Positions 47,376 through 60,443 of a DNA stretch of 64,000 nucleotides are shown here, in pieces. Position 1 is the first letter of the stretch; each line of letters opens with the position of its first letter. Origin of the DNA: Malacoraja senta (lineage: Eukaryota). The notes beneath the pieces were generated by a model, which did no database searches, had not been told where the DNA came from, and worked only from the letters and a program-made list of their open reading frames with translations. Location: positions 5,768,001-5,832,000 of the forward strand of contig CM075996.1 of the NCBI GenBank assembly GCA_038087875.1, read 5' to 3'. The translations under genes were made by a program, and so were the position numbers.

Positions 47376-48929
47376 CTGAGAAAGCAGAGACAATGAAGCA
47401 TTAGACCCAGTGCAGCATAGAAATCACCCCCCACACAGCCCCAGAGAGGACTGCTGCCTCACAGCGCCAGAGATCAATAGACAACAATGGGTGCAGTAGG
47501 CCATTCGGCCCTTTGAGCCAGCATGGCTGATCATCCACAATCAGCACCCCGTTCCTGCCTCCTCCCCATATCCCCCGACTCCGCTATCCCATGACTCCGC
47601 TATCTGAGATCCTGACCTCGGGTGCTGTCTGTGGGGAGTTTGCACATTCCCTCTGCGGCCGTGTGGGTCTCCTCCCAAATCCCAGATATGTGCAGGTTTA
47701 CAAGCTAATTGGCCCTCTGTAACTTGCCCCAAGAGTGAGTTAACATAGAACTAGTATGAAGGGGCGATCAATGGCTGGCGTGGACTCGTTGTGCCAAAGT
47801 GCCTGTTACAAGGTTAATTCCCAGGATGGCGGGACTGTCATATGCTGAGAGAATGGAGCGGCTGGGCTTGTACACTCTGGAGTTTAGAAGGATGAGAGGA
47901 TATCTCATTGAAACATATAAGATTGTTAAGGGTTTGGACACACTAGAGGCAGGAAACATGGTCCTGATGTTGGGGGAGTCCAGAACCAGGGGCCACAGTT
48001 TAAGAATAAGGAGTAAGCCATTTAGAACAGAGACGAGGAAACACTTTTTCTCACAGAGAGTTGTGAGTCTGTGGAATTCTCTGCCTCAGAGGGCAGTGGA
48101 GGCCGGTTCTCTGGATGCTTTCAAGAGAGAGCTAGATAGGGCTCTTAAAGATAGCGGAGTCAGGGGATATGGGGAGAAGGCAGGAACGGGGTACTGATTG
48201 GGGATGATCAGCCATGATCATATTGAATGGCGGTGCTGGCTCGAAGGGCCGAATGGCCTACTCCTGCACCTATTGTCTATTGTCTATTGTCATGCTGAAT
48301 CTCTAAACTAAACGTGCAAGCGGCTAGGTTAATTGGCCCTCTGTAAATTGCCCCAAGTGTGTAGGACTGGATGGGAAAGTGGCGTGACATAGAATTAGTG
48401 TGAACGGGTGATTGATGGTTGGCGTGAGTGGGCCGAAGGGCCTGTTTCCATGACGAATCTCCAAATTTATCTTAACACTCATTCTTAAATAATCCCAGAG
48501 CAAATTACAGAGTAAACAATATTACAGAGTAAAGCTCCTCTACATTGTCCTATTACTCCAAAGGACGGGTGTATAGTAGATTAGATAAAGTGTAAAGCTG
48601 CATTTATATTATTTAATCAAATGATCCCAAAGTAGGAAGAGCACAGCTTCAATACAGAGCAATAGTGACTGTCTATATTGCACTCCAAGGAAGGGGTGAC
48701 AAGATTAGATACATGAAGCTTATTATATGCTCCTTTTCCCAGTCCTGCACCAAATATCCAGTGGTGTGGACACTGGTAGGGTATCTCAATAGTCACAGGC
48801 CCACCATTACAGTGAAGGTAGACGCCAAATGCTGGAGTAACTCAGCGGGACAGGAAGCATCTCTGGAGAGAAGTTTCTGGGTGACGTTTCGGGTCCCCCC
48901 CCATTACCGGGGTCTGCCAGTCCTCCTAC

Positions 48930-48981
48930 CTGATTGTCAAGCCGCTGCCGACGCAATCTCTGACCATCCTCGTCCAAAGCA
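48930..48981 (-). CDS. TULP2: Tubby-family protein, exon 2
   Basis: ACGCAG|(S)ALDEDGQRLRRQRLDNQ|GTAGGA, homologous to TUB SVLDDEGRNLRQQKLDRQ; 52 bp. Confidence 0.9.
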
Positions 48982-49304
48982 CTGCGTGGAGAGCAGAGAC
49001 ACAAGGATGTCAACGTATGCAGTACAGGCAGTGAACGGGGGTGGGGGGGGAGGGGGTGGTGTGAAGTTAGGGGCACAGTATAGTACGGGGGAGCGAAGTG
49101 GGGGGGGGGGGGAGGGTGGAGATAAGCCAAGAGTCAAAAGTATTTTAGTGTCATATGTCCCGAAACGGATCAATGAAATTCCTACTTGCAGCAGTACAAC
49201 AGATATGTAAACAGTATACTCCATAAACACCATAATAAAGAACTAAAAACATTTGTTCCTCTAAATATATATTTATGTGCATCTAAATATAAAATGTGTG
49301 TGTG

Positions 49305-49335
<31 letters not shown>

Positions 49336-51652
49336 CATACATATTTTGGAGGTCATAGTGTTTAATAGCCTGATGGCTTGTAGGGAAGAAGCTGTTCCTC
49401 AACATGAACTTTATGGTTTTCAGGCTCCTGTACCTTCTCCCTGATGGAGATGGGACTGAATTGATAGTGGGAGTGGGAGTTTATGAGTGATGGGAGCAGA
49501 ATTAGGCCATTCGGCCCATCAAGTCTACTCCGCCATTCAATCACGGCTGATCTATCTTTCCCTCTCAACCCCATTCTCCTGCCTTCTCACCGTAACCCCA
49601 AGTGCTGGGTGGAGTAGAGTGATGGGTCTGAACCGGTGGGATGGGGAAGGGAAAGGGAGGTGGTTGACGAGTGGGTGGGGGAGAGGAGGAAGTCAGACTG
49701 GGTTGGCGTCAGAGTGGATGGAACTGCATGGGGATGGGAAGAGAGGGGCAAGGGATGTGGGTGCAGACCAGAAATGTCGAGGAGGGGAGCTTGCAGTGGA
49801 TGATGTGTGAGGTACATCGTGGGACTGTGGATCAGTAGTGGCAGGCAAGGGTGGACTATATCAAGCGGAGGGGTTATTGCTTTGGGGAGCAAGTGTGACA
49901 CGAGGCAGAATTCAGACTGGGTGCAGAACGAGAGGTGAGAGCAGAGCTGGAGAAAGCAAAGTAACACCTCCCATATAACCACTTGGCACATGGCACTAAG
50001 CAAACTGTATACTATAATACTTCCAGAATTAAAAATAGCAGAAAGAATATTCAACTCTACCTTCCTGGGAGCATTGTGGAATACATTGAAGAATTCTCAG
50101 TCCTGGGATCGTTCGTAGCGAGGGAAAGATGCAGACAAATAAAGAGACAGAATTACTACTAATGAATTTAGACTTATCTAGTTACCGTGACTATGCTGCC
50201 TGCGTCGAAGGGATTCTCCCAGTACGGAAATGAGGGGGCAAGTTGATCACACTGGCGGCACAGTGGCGCAGCGGTAGAGTTGCTGTCTCACAGCGCCAGA
50301 GATCTGGCTTTCAACCTGACTACGGGTGCTGTCTGTACGGAGTTTGTACGTTCTCACAGAGAGTCGTGGAGAACACTTTTTCTCACAGAGAGTGGTGAGT
50401 CTGTGGAATTCTCTGCCTCAGAGGGCGGTGGAGGCCGCTTCTCTGGATGCTTTCAAGAGAGAGCTAGATAGGGCTCTTAAAAATAGCGGAGTCAGGGGAG
50501 ATGGGGAGAAGGCAGGAATGGGGTACTGATTGGGGATGATCAGCCATGATCACATTGAATGGCGGTGCTGGCTCGAAGGGCCGAATGGCCTACTCCTGCA
50601 CCTATTGTCTATTGTCTATTGTTCTCCCTGTGACCACGCGGGTTTCCTCCGGGTGCTCCGGTTTCCTCCGGGTGCTCCGGTTTCCTCCCACATCCCAAAG
50701 ACGTGCAGGTTTGTAGGTTAATTAGCTTCTGTAAATTGTCCTTAGTGTATGGGATAGAACTAGTGTACGGGTGATCGTTGGTTGGCATAGACCCGGTGGG
50801 CCGAAGGGCCATTTTTCCATGCTCTATCTCTAAACTAAACCAAACTGAATACAGAATATTTAAATGCTTCCAAACATCCCAAGGTGTTCCTCAGGGATGT
50901 TGTCAGAGATAAAACTGATGCTGAGCCACATAAGGAGATATTGAGACAGGATTAAAAGGTTTGTTAAACAAGCAGCTTTCAAAGAGCATCTTGGAAGGAG
51001 AAAGTGAGTTGGACAGATTTGGATGGGGGTGGGGAATCCCATGTTTAGGATTCAAACAGCTGAAGTAATATTCAGGAATGTACAAAAGACCAGCATTTGA
51101 TAATGGTTGTAGGTATACTATTGTTACATGTACCGACATATAGTAAAAAGCTTTTGTTCGCTGCTATGTAATTAAATCAGATGATACTGTACAAGAGTAC
51201 AATCAAGCCCACACACGTCCAAAGAGATAAAATACCAGAGTGTCGAATTTGAGGAGTGAGAGACGTTGAAGGATTATCGGGAAAGCGGAGGGTTAGGTAA
51301 CGTTACACAATTGGATGGGTTTAGCCATGTTTGAGTTTGAGTTTAGTTTAATGTCACGTGTACCGAGGTTCGGTGAAAAGCTTTTGTTGCGTGCTAACCA
51401 GTCAGGATTATGACAACAGCATTGTGACAGGTCTGGATCTTTAGTCAGAGGGTGGTGAATCTGTGGAATTTTTTGCCACAGAAGGCGGTAGAGGCTAAGT
51501 CAGTGGATAATTTTGAGGCAGAGATAGATAGATTTTTGATTAGTACAGTTGTCAGAGGTTATGGGGAGAAGGCATCAGAATAGGGTTAGGAGGGACCGAT
51601 AGATCAGCCATGATTGAATGACAGTTGTACAGAGCCCTAGTGAGACCAGACG

Positions 51653-52217
51653 TCTGGAGTATTGTGTGCAGTTTTGGTCCCCTAATTTGAGGAAGGACAT
51701 TCTTGCTATTGAGGGAGTGCAGCGTAGGTTTACAAGGTTAATTCCCGGGATGGCGGGACTGTCATATGTTGAGAGAATGGAACAGCTGGGCTTGTACACT
51801 CTGGCGTTTAGAAGGATGAGAGAATATCTCATTGAAACATATAAGATTGTTAAGGGTTTGGACACGCTAGAGGCAGGAAACATGTTCAAGATGTTGGGGG
51901 AGTCCAGAACCAGGGGCCACAGTTTAAGAATAAGGAGTAAGCCATTTAGAAAGGAGACGAGGAAACACTTTTTCTCACAGAGAGTGGTGAGTCTGTGGAA
52001 TTCTCTGCCTCAGAGGGTGGTGGAGGCAGGTTCTCTGGATGCTTTCAAGAGAGAGCTAGATAGGGCTCTTAAAGATAGCGGAGTCAGGGGATATGGGAAG
52101 AAGGCAGGAACGGGGTACTGATTGGGGATGATCAGCCATGACCACATTGAATGGACCACATTGCTGGCTCGCAGGGCCGAATGGCCTACACCTGCACCTA
52201 TTGTCTATTGCCTATTG
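51653..52217 (+). mobile_element. CR1-like LINE 3' fragment
   Basis: ORF 51618-52121 contains [32 protein letters not shown]... Confidence 0.88.
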
Positions 52218-55200
52218 ACGGAGTAGACTTGATGGGCCGAATGGCCTAATTCTATTCCTATCACTTATGACCTTATGATTGGTTTCTGGGCAAAGGGAGC
52301 CGATGCAGGGTAACAAGGTTTACCTATTGAAACTGAAAATAACGGCTTGGTTCTTTTAAATACTGTTAGAAATATTTTCAGTTTAGTCTAGTTTTTATTG
52401 TCACTTGTAGCAAGGTACAGTGAAAAGCTTTTTTGTTGTGTGATATCCAGTCGGTGGGAAGTCTATACATGATTACAATCAAACAATCAAGCCGTCCACA
52501 GTGTACAGATACAGGATAAAGGGAATAAAGTTTAATGCAAGATAAAGTCCATTAAAGTCTGATTAAAGATAGTATGGGAGTCTCCAAATGGGGTAGATGG
52601 TAGGTCAGGACCGCTCTCTTATTGGTGATCCTGACCTACCATCTATCTCTAAGATAGACACAAAAAGGTGGAGTAACTTAGCGGGTCAGGCAGCATCTCT
52701 GGAGAAAAGGAATAGGTGACATTTCGGTTCGTAACCTGAAGGGTCTCGACCCGAAATGTCACCTATTCCTTTTCTCCAGAGATGTTGCCTGACCCGCTGC
52801 ATTAATCAAGCATTATGTGTCTATCTTTGGTGTAAACCAGCATCTGCAGTTCCTTCCTACCATCTACCTCATGAGAATGTCTCCAATGAGGTAGATACCA
52901 TGCAGCATAGGACAGTTCTGGAGCAACTGCAGGGTCAGTGACGGAGTGGGTCTAGGAGTTGTCATAAGATTGTTAAGGGTTTGGACACGCTAGAGGCAGG
53001 AAACATGTTCCCGATGTTGGGGGAGTCCAGAACCAGGGGCCACAGTTTAAGAATAAGAGGTAGGCCATTTCGAACGGAGACGAGGAAACACTTTTTCTCA
53101 CAGAGAGTTGTGAGTCTGCGTAATTCTCTGCCTCAGAGGGCGGTGGAGGCCGGTTCTCTGGATACTTTCAAGAGAGAGCTAGATAGGGCTCTTAAAGATA
53201 GCGGAGTCAGGGGATATGGGGAGAAGGCAGGAACGGGGTACTGATTGGGGATGATCAGTCATGATCACATTGAATGGCGGTGCTAGCTCGAAGGGCCGAA
53301 TGACCTACTCCTGCACCTATTGTCTATTGTGAGGGCAAAGTTAGATGTAAAATCCAGGATTTACTGTGCAGAACAGTGCACTTGCTCCTCCTGCAACGAT
53401 CCTGATCGTGAAGCACAAGAATCTGAGCTTACATCGTCATTGCATTGTTGGCACGTGGCATCGCCATGATAGCAAGAGCACAGGATGTCCTTTCAGCAGG
53501 GTCAGTGCCCTTTAAACGCAGTCACTGCAGCGTGAGGAGGCAAGAACTCCCGGGTTCTCCCCAGGGAGCTGATAGGTTAGAGCTGGCAATTTGAGGCAGG
53601 TCACAACATGACCCCCTGGCCACCAGGAGATTCCAGTCCCCAGCAGTGAATCCAACCTACTGGGATTCTGTCAAAGCAACTAGATGCGTGTAGGAAGGAA
53701 CTGCAGATGCTGGCTTATGCTGATGATAGACACAAAATGAAGATATGAAGATAGACACATTTCCTCCAACTCTCCCCACAAACATCCCCTCACCGGCCCT
53801 CTCCTCGCCTCCACTCTCCCTCACTCACACGCTATAAATTCCCTCTCCCTTTCAACCCATGCTCGCACCCAGCATTAACATCGCTCTGGTCCCTGAGACC
53901 GACTGGTTATCCCTTCCCCTGAAATCAACAACTCAAAAGCCGAAAGCCCAATCATTGCTACTTCATTGGCTTCATCTTCTCTTGACCTTTTGCCCTTCGC
54001 CTCTTCAGTGAACGTAGCCAAAAGCGGACGTCATTGAGGCATGTTGGTGTAGGCAGGGTGGACTCCACACTTCCATTCACATACCACAATACTCACAAAG
54101 CACGTTAACACCCCCTCCCATTCCCATTCTGACCTTTCTGTCCTGGACCTCCTCCATTGTCAGAGTGAGGCCCAGCGCAAATTGAAGGAACAGCACCTCA
54201 TATTTCGCTTGGGCAATTTACACCCCAGCGGTATGAACATTGACTTCTCCAACTTCAAGTAACCCTTGCATTCCCTCTCTCTCCGTACCCTCCCCCTTCC
54301 CAGTTCTCCAACCAGTCTTACTGTCTCCGATTACATTCTATCTCTCACCCCTGACATCAGTCTGAAGGGTCTCAACCCGAAACGTCGCCCATTCCTTCTC
54401 TCCAGAGTTGCTGCCTGTCCCGCTGAGTTACTCCAGCATTTTGTGTCTACTCACAGATCAGTGCTGGACTCCATTTGCAAACCAGAATGTGTGCAAGGAT
54501 TGAAGAGAGGGCTGCGTGTTCGCACGAGCAGCTGACAGTGAGGGATTGAGCCTTGAGATGGCTAATCCCTCAAATGCTGACGCCCAAATTAGAGGGTAAT
54601 CCGATTGACAAGGGTTTACTGCAGAACAGCTGAGCTTCGGTAACTGGTTCAAAGTGACTGGTGAAAGACGCCCAGGAAATAGAGTGGGCAGTGGGAGAAG
54701 AGGGCGCTGGTCCCACTGTAAACCCTGGTACCAATCACCAGATTAAGAACTGGAGGGCATAGGTTCAATATGAGAGGGGATAGTTTTAATGGGAACCTGA
54801 GGAACAGCATTTTCACAGAGAACATGGTTGTCATGTGAAACATGCTATCAAAGGAAGTAGTTGAGGCAGGTAGAATAACAACATGTAGAGGGCATTTGGA
54901 CAAGTACATGGGTAGGAAAAGTTTAGAGGACATTGGGTCAAACGGGAATAAATGGGAGTATTTTAGATGGGGCATCTTGGTAGGCATGGACAAAAGGACC
55001 TGTTTCCTTGCTGTAGGACCCATTTATGCTTAAGCTAGTATATTATAGCCATGTCAAGATATTTCCAGTTTTATCTTCTAGCATGCTTGGGGGTGGGATT
55101 TGACACGTAGAGGGATGTGTCAACATCTGAGGAGGCTAGCGCAGACTCATAGATTGGTTTCGTTTTTGCCTGGACTTGAAGATTCGTTTTTGCTATCTGC

Positions 55201-55651
55201 TGTCTTGTGCGTAAGCTATATCTCCACCACATCCCCGGGTAGTAATGGCTATCAAAGTTGGACATTGAGAAAGTTAAGGAATTGGCATTACACTTGCGGT
55301 ATTGGCTGTCCGACTCAGATGCCATCACTTCTCGTGGTGCCTGCCACTGGATCTCATGACAGCTCCCTCTGGCACCACTGACACAGAGACTCGCCACTGT
55401 GGTGTATGTGCCACTGGGTTTCAACCCCACTCACTCTGGAGCCGTGTCTTGGTCCAACCCTCCCTGAGCCAGGGAGTAGGAGGAGGAGGAGGGGTGGAGG
55501 GAGGGAGGGGAAGGAAGGGATGGAGAGGGGATGGGAGGGGAGGGGAGAGGATGGGAGGGAATGGGAGGGGAGGAAGGGTCCCACACAGCTGCTGTCAAGC
55601 GCCAGTCTCCCTCCCTCCCTGCTGGAGCGGCTGCAGCCTGGGCTACCCTAC

Positions 55652-55680
55652 CTGGCCATGTCCACTAGCATGGAACTCAT
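55652..55680 (-). CDS. TULP2: Tubby-family protein, putative first coding exon
   Basis: ATG AGT TCC ATG CTA GTG GAC ATG GCC AG|GTAGGG. Phase 2 matches exon 2, and it adjoins a CpG-rich promoter. The spliced model is 616 aa after frameshift correction. Confidence 0.7.
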
Positions 55681-55744
55681 CCTAGTTCACAAGCCGCCTC
55701 CCCGCCGCTACTTCCGCAGTCCCCTCGCGTCCCAGCCGCGGCGC

Positions 55745-55845
55745 CCCGTCTTAAACAGATGCCGACACTGCCATTGGCCGCCGGTTGCCACGGCTACCTG
55801 ACGTCACCTTCAGACTGGAACGCCCCCCTTTGTCGCGTCACATCT
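55745..55845 (-). promoter_or_regulatory. Putative TULP2 promoter: CCAAT, RFX X-box, CRE
   Basis: ATTGG (CCAAT on minus) at 55773-55777, GTTGCCACGGCTAC at 55784-55797 (X-box-like) and TGACGTCA at 55799-55806, all in a CpG-rich patch about 100 bp upstream of the ATG. Confidence 0.65.
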
Positions 55846-56486
55846 CCGCCTGCCTTGGCCCTTAAAGGGACAGGCCCACCCCCTGTCCATGAGTTCACGA
55901 GAGACCAAGGGACCCTTATCGTCGTATGTCCCAGATGGAACACAATGACATTCTTACTTGCAGCCACACAACTGAATATGTAAACATAGTAGACTGTAAA
56001 CAATAAAGAGCGGAATTAGGCCATAGGATTTAAGAGACAGTTAGATAGAGCTCTAGGGGCTAGTGGAGTCAAGGGATATGGGGAGAAGGCAGGCACGGGT
56101 TATTGATTGGGGACGATCAGCCATGATCTCAATGAATGGCGGTGCTGGCTCGAAGGGCCGAATGGCCTCCTCCTGCACCTATTTTCTATGTATCTATGTA
56201 TTCGGCCCATCAAGTCTACTCCGCCATTCAATCATGGCTAATCTATCTTCGGTAGACAAAAGTGCTGGAGAAACTCAGCGGGTGCAGCAGCATCTATGAC
56301 GAAGGAAATAGGAAATGTTTTGGGCCGAAACCCTTCTTCTATCTTCCCCTCTTAACCCCATTCTCCTGCCTTCTCCCCATAACCATAAGGGTGGTGAATC
56401 TGTGGAATTCATTGCCACAGAAGGATATGGAGGGCAAGTCAATGGATAATTTTAAGGCAGAAATAGATAGATTCTTAATTAGTGCA

Positions 56487-57302
56487 AGATGCTGTATATT
56501 GTGGATAAACGTGAGGTTATCCACTTTGGTGGCAAGAACAAGAAGGCAGATTACTATCTGAATAGTGTCAGATTAGGAAAAGGGGAAGTGCAATGAGACC
56601 TGGATGTCCTTGTACATCAGTCACTAAAAGTAAGCATGCAGGTACAGCAGGCAGTGAAGAAAGTTAATGCTATATTGGCCTTCATAACGAGAGGATTTGA
56701 ATGAGGTCCTTCTGCAGTTCTACAGGGCCCTGGTGAGACCACACCTGGAGTATTGTGTGCAGTTTTGGGCTCATAATTTGAGGAAGTACATTCTTGCTAT
56801 TGAGGGAGTGCAGCGTAGGTTCACGAAGTTAATTCCCAGGATGGCGGGACTGTCATATGATGAAAAAATGGAGCGGCTGGGCTTGCATTCACTGGAATTT
56901 AGGATGAGAGGAGATCTTATAGAAGCATATAAAATTCTTAAGGGATTGGACAAGCTAGATGCAGGAAACATGCTCCTGATGTTGGGGGAGTCCAGAACCA
57001 GGGACCACATTTTAAGAATAAGGGGTGAGCCATTTTGAACTGAGATGAGGAAAAACTTTTTCATCCAGAGAGTTGTGAATGTGTGGAATTCTCTGCCTCA
57101 GAAGGCAGTGGAGGCCGATTCACTGGATGCATTCAAAAGAGAGTTAAATAGAGCTCTTAGAGCTAGAGGAATCAAGGGATATGGAGAGAAGGCAGGACTG
57201 GGGTACTGATTGTGGATGATTAGCCATGATCACATTGAGTGGTGGTGCTGGCTTGAAGGGCCGAATGGCCTACTCCTGAACCTATTTTCTATGTATCTAT
57301 GT
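56487..57302 (+). mobile_element. CR1-like LINE 3' fragment
   Basis: ORF 56697-57038 contains YRALVRPHLEYCVQFW..; tail TCTATG. Confidence 0.88.
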
Positions 57303-58123
57303 AAGTGTCAAGGGTGATGGGGTGAATGCATCAGGGGTTATGCCAGTAATTCCCAGATCCCTGAACGAATAAATAAAAATTATCCCATACAGTAGAAACT
57401 ACCTTCCATTGTAATAGGTCCTCAATTTTACATGAGCAAATGTGAGCGCTTCTTAGTTAGTTGTTCGTTGATTCGTACGGATGTCAGGGGCTATGGGGAG
57501 AAGGTAAGAGAATGGGATTAGGAGGGAGAAATTGATCAGCCATGATTGAATGGTGGAGTAGACTTGATGAGCCAAATGGCCTAATTCTGCTCCTATAACT
57601 TATGAACTTATGAATACAGATCCATCAAGATAGAGGCTGAAGAAGGGTCTCGACACGAAACGTCACCTATTCCCTTTCTCCAGAAATGCTGTCTGACCTG
57701 TTGAGTCACTTCAGCTTTTTGTGTCTATCTTCCATCAATCGGAGTAGACTTGATAGGCCGAATGGCCTAATTCTGCTCCTATCACTTATGTCCTTATGAC
57801 CACAGTGCTCTCTAAAAACTGCCAGTGCTCCCTCAGTACAATCTCTCTTTTGACAATCTATCAGAACTTCGTCTCTAACCTTGCAGTATTTCCTTAGCAT
57901 CGTCCGTCCAAAAGGATGATGTTCTCTCAGTACTGCTCCTCTGGCATTGCAGCAGTCCCTCAATACGGTCCCTTTGAAATTTGGCACAGCCTCGCCAATA
58001 GTGCAACAATTTCCTAGTACAGTATTCCAACAGCGCAGTACTCCCACAAGAGCTGCCCCTCTCACAGTACATCACTGTGTGATGCTGCCTACTGCAAGGC
58101 AGCAAGCACTTGCCCAGTTCGGC

Positions 58124-58450
58124 ATCTATCTACTGTATCTGTTGTTCAAGGTGTGGACTCTTGTACATCGGCGAGATCAAATGTAGACTGGGCAGTCGTT
58201 TCGCTGAACACCTTCTCTCAGTCCACCTGGACCTACCTGATCTCCCGGTTGCCAAACACTTTAATTCCCATTCCCATTCCCATTCCCACACTGATCTTTC
58301 TTTCCTGGGCCTCCTCCATTGTCAGAGTGAGGCCAAATGCAAATTGGAGGAGCAGCATCTCATATTCTGCTTGGGCAGCTTACAACCCAGCGGTATGAAT
58401 ATTGATTTCTCTAACTTCAAGTAACCCTTGCATCCCCTCTCTCTCCATCC
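58124..58450 (+). mobile_element. Penelope-like element GIY-YIG endonuclease remnant
   Basis: IYCICCSRCGLLYIGEIKCRLGSRFAEHL..PVAKHFNS..EQHLIFCLGSLQPSGMN. Confidence 0.85.
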
Positions 58451-58481
58451 CAAGTTATTTATGAACCTGAAGTATCTCCAG

Positions 58482-59240
58482 TTGTCAGCAGCTGACTCCA
58501 TCCTTGGTCTATCTCATGAGACAGCAGGGTTGTCCATTGGGTGAGATCTCCATGGTATTCCAGCCCTGTCAGCTGCTGGTTCCATTCTTGGTCTATCCCT
58601 TTGGGGCAGAAGGGTTGTCCATTGGGTGACATCTCCATGGTATCCTAGCACTGTCAGCTGCTGGTTCCATTCTTGGTCTATCCCTTTGGGGCAGAAGGGT
58701 TGTCCATTGGGTGAGATCTCCATGGTATCCCAGCACTGTCAGCTGCTGCTTCCATTCTTGGTCTATCCCTTTGGGGCAGAAGGGTTGTCCATTGGGTGAG
58801 ATCTCCATGGTATCCCAGCACTGTCAGCTGCTGCTTCCATTCTTGGTCTATCCCTTTGGGGCAGAAGGGTTGTCCATTGGGTGAGATCTCCATGGTATCC
58901 CAGCACTGTCAGTTGCTGGTTCCATTCTTGGTCTATCCCTTTGGGGCAGAAGGGTTGTCCATTGGGTGAGATCTCCATAATATCCCAGCACTGTCAGCTA
59001 CTGGTTCCATTCTTGGTCTATCCCTTTGGGGTAGAAGGGTTGTCCATTGGGTGAGATCTCCATAATATCCCAGCACTGTCAGCTGCTGCTTCCATTCTTG
59101 GTCTATCCCTTTGGGGCAGAAGGGTTGTCCATTGAGTGACATCTCCATGGTATCCCAGCACTGTCAGCTGCTGGTTCCATTCTTGGTCTATCCCTTTGGG
59201 GTAGAAGGGTTGTCCATTGGGTGAGATCTCCATGGTATCC
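58482..59240. repeat. 85-bp minisatellite (~9 copies)
   Basis: Unit CCATTGGGTGAGATCTCCATGGTATCCCAGCACTGTCAGCTGCTGGTTCCATTCTTGGTCTATCCCTTTGGGGCAGAAGGGTTGT; the ORF track repeats every 85 bp. Confidence 0.95.
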
Positions 59241-59276
59241 CCCAGCATCAGACCCTCCTCCCCGCTGACGTCAGGA

Positions 59277-59450
59277 CGTCCGACGCGCTGAGGTCATGGC
59301 GCCGGCAGCGTCCGACGAGCTGAGGTCATGGCGCCAGCAGCGTCCGACGCGCTGAGGTCATGGCGCCGGCAGCGTCCGACGCGCTGAGGTCATGGCGCCG
59401 GCAGCGTCCGACGCGCTGAGGTCATGGCGCCGGCTGCGTCAGACGCTGAG
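59277..59450. repeat. 32-bp CpG-rich tandem repeat (~5.4 copies) in the NUCB1 promoter region
   Basis: Unit CGTCCGACGCGCTGAGGTCATGGCGCCGGCAG starting at 59277, 59309, 59341, 59373 and 59405; preceded by TGACGTCA at 59266. Confidence 0.93.
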
Positions 59451-59577
59451 GCCGGTTGTCAGGGCCGCAGGCGGAGAGCAGCCATTCCGTCCGGAGCGTG
59501 GGCGGAGGCGCGGCCAGGTCAGGCCGGAAGACAGCAGCACAGACAGCGGCAGCAGCAGCAGCAGCAGCAGCAGCAGG
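59450..59577 (+). other. NUCB1: Putative non-coding first exon of NUCB1 in a CpG island
   Basis: CpG-rich, with an ETS-like CCGGAAG and a (CAG)n tract ending in a strong donor CAGG|GTAAGC. The 5' boundary is a guess. Confidence 0.55.
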
Positions 59578-59765
59578 GTAAGCCGGAGCCCAGGGCAGAT
59601 CCGCGGACTGGCCGCTCCCCCCCCCCCCCCTTTGGCGGGAGGGCTTGGGGTAACCCGGGTGCGACGGGCCGAGTGGTCCAGCGGCCTCCCATAGACTGAG
59701 CTGGGGCAGATCAGGGCCGACTGTTGGCCCAGGGCAGCGGGGAGGGGCACTTCCACTTTCATTTT

Positions 59766-60443
59766 CATTGCTCCCCTCTCCTGGCGGCCACTTGCTCCCC
59801 TGTCTGGTGGCCACTTGCTCCCCTGTCTGGTGGCCACTTGCTCCCCTGTCTGGTGGCCACTTGCTCCCCTGTCTGGTGGCCACTTGCTCCCCTATCCTGG
59901 CGGCCACTTGCTCCCCTGTCTGGTGGCCACTTGCTCCCCTCTCCTGGCGGCCACTTGCTCCCCTGTCTGGTGGCCACTTGCTCCCCTGTCTGGTGGCCAC
60001 TTGCTCCCCTGTCTGGTGGCCACTTGCTCCCCTATCCTGGCGGCCACTTGCTCCCCTGTCTGGTGGCCACTTGCTCCCCTGTCTGGTAGCCACTTGCTCC
60101 CCTATCTGGTGGCCACTTGCTCCCCTGTCTGGTGGCCACTTGCTCCCCTGTCTGGTGGCCACTTGCTCCCCTATCCTGGCGGCCACTTGCTCCCCTGTCT
60201 GGTGGCCACTTGCTCCCCTGTCTGGTGGCCACTTGCTCCCCTGTCTGGTAGCCACTTGCTCCCCTGTCTGGTGGCCACTTGCTCCCCTGTCTGGTAGCCA
60301 CTTGCTCCCCTGTCTGGCGACCACTTGCTCCCCTGTCTGGTGGCCACTTGCTCCCCTGTCTGGTGGCCACAGCTCCCCTGTCTAGTGGCCACAGCTCCCC
60401 TGTTTGGTGGCCACTTGCTCCCCTGTCCTGGAGGCCACAGCTC
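59766..60443. repeat. 23-bp minisatellite (~29 copies) in the putative NUCB1 intron 1
   Basis: Unit CCACTTGCTCCCCTGTCTGGTGG, with variants such as ..CCTATCCTGGCGG. Confidence 0.95.

Noticed and set aside
55071..55430. 119-aa ORF in tubby intron 1
   Set aside because: No recognisable domain or splice support; possibly a decayed retroelement.
22581..55680. Assignment to TUB, TULP1 or TULP3
   Set aside because: Sequence alone is ambiguous, but the head-to-head position with a NUCB1-like gene favours TULP2.
59788..60440. Array of CTCF sites (TGGCCACCAGACAGGGGAGC on the minus strand)
   Set aside because: Only the CCACCAG half matches; the spacing to the GGGC-like half does not fit the core consensus.
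58482..60443. CRISPR-like arrays or repeat-protein genes
   Set aside because: The units are contiguous with no unique spacers, there are no cas genes, and the context is vertebrate. The ORFs are by-products of tandem repeats.
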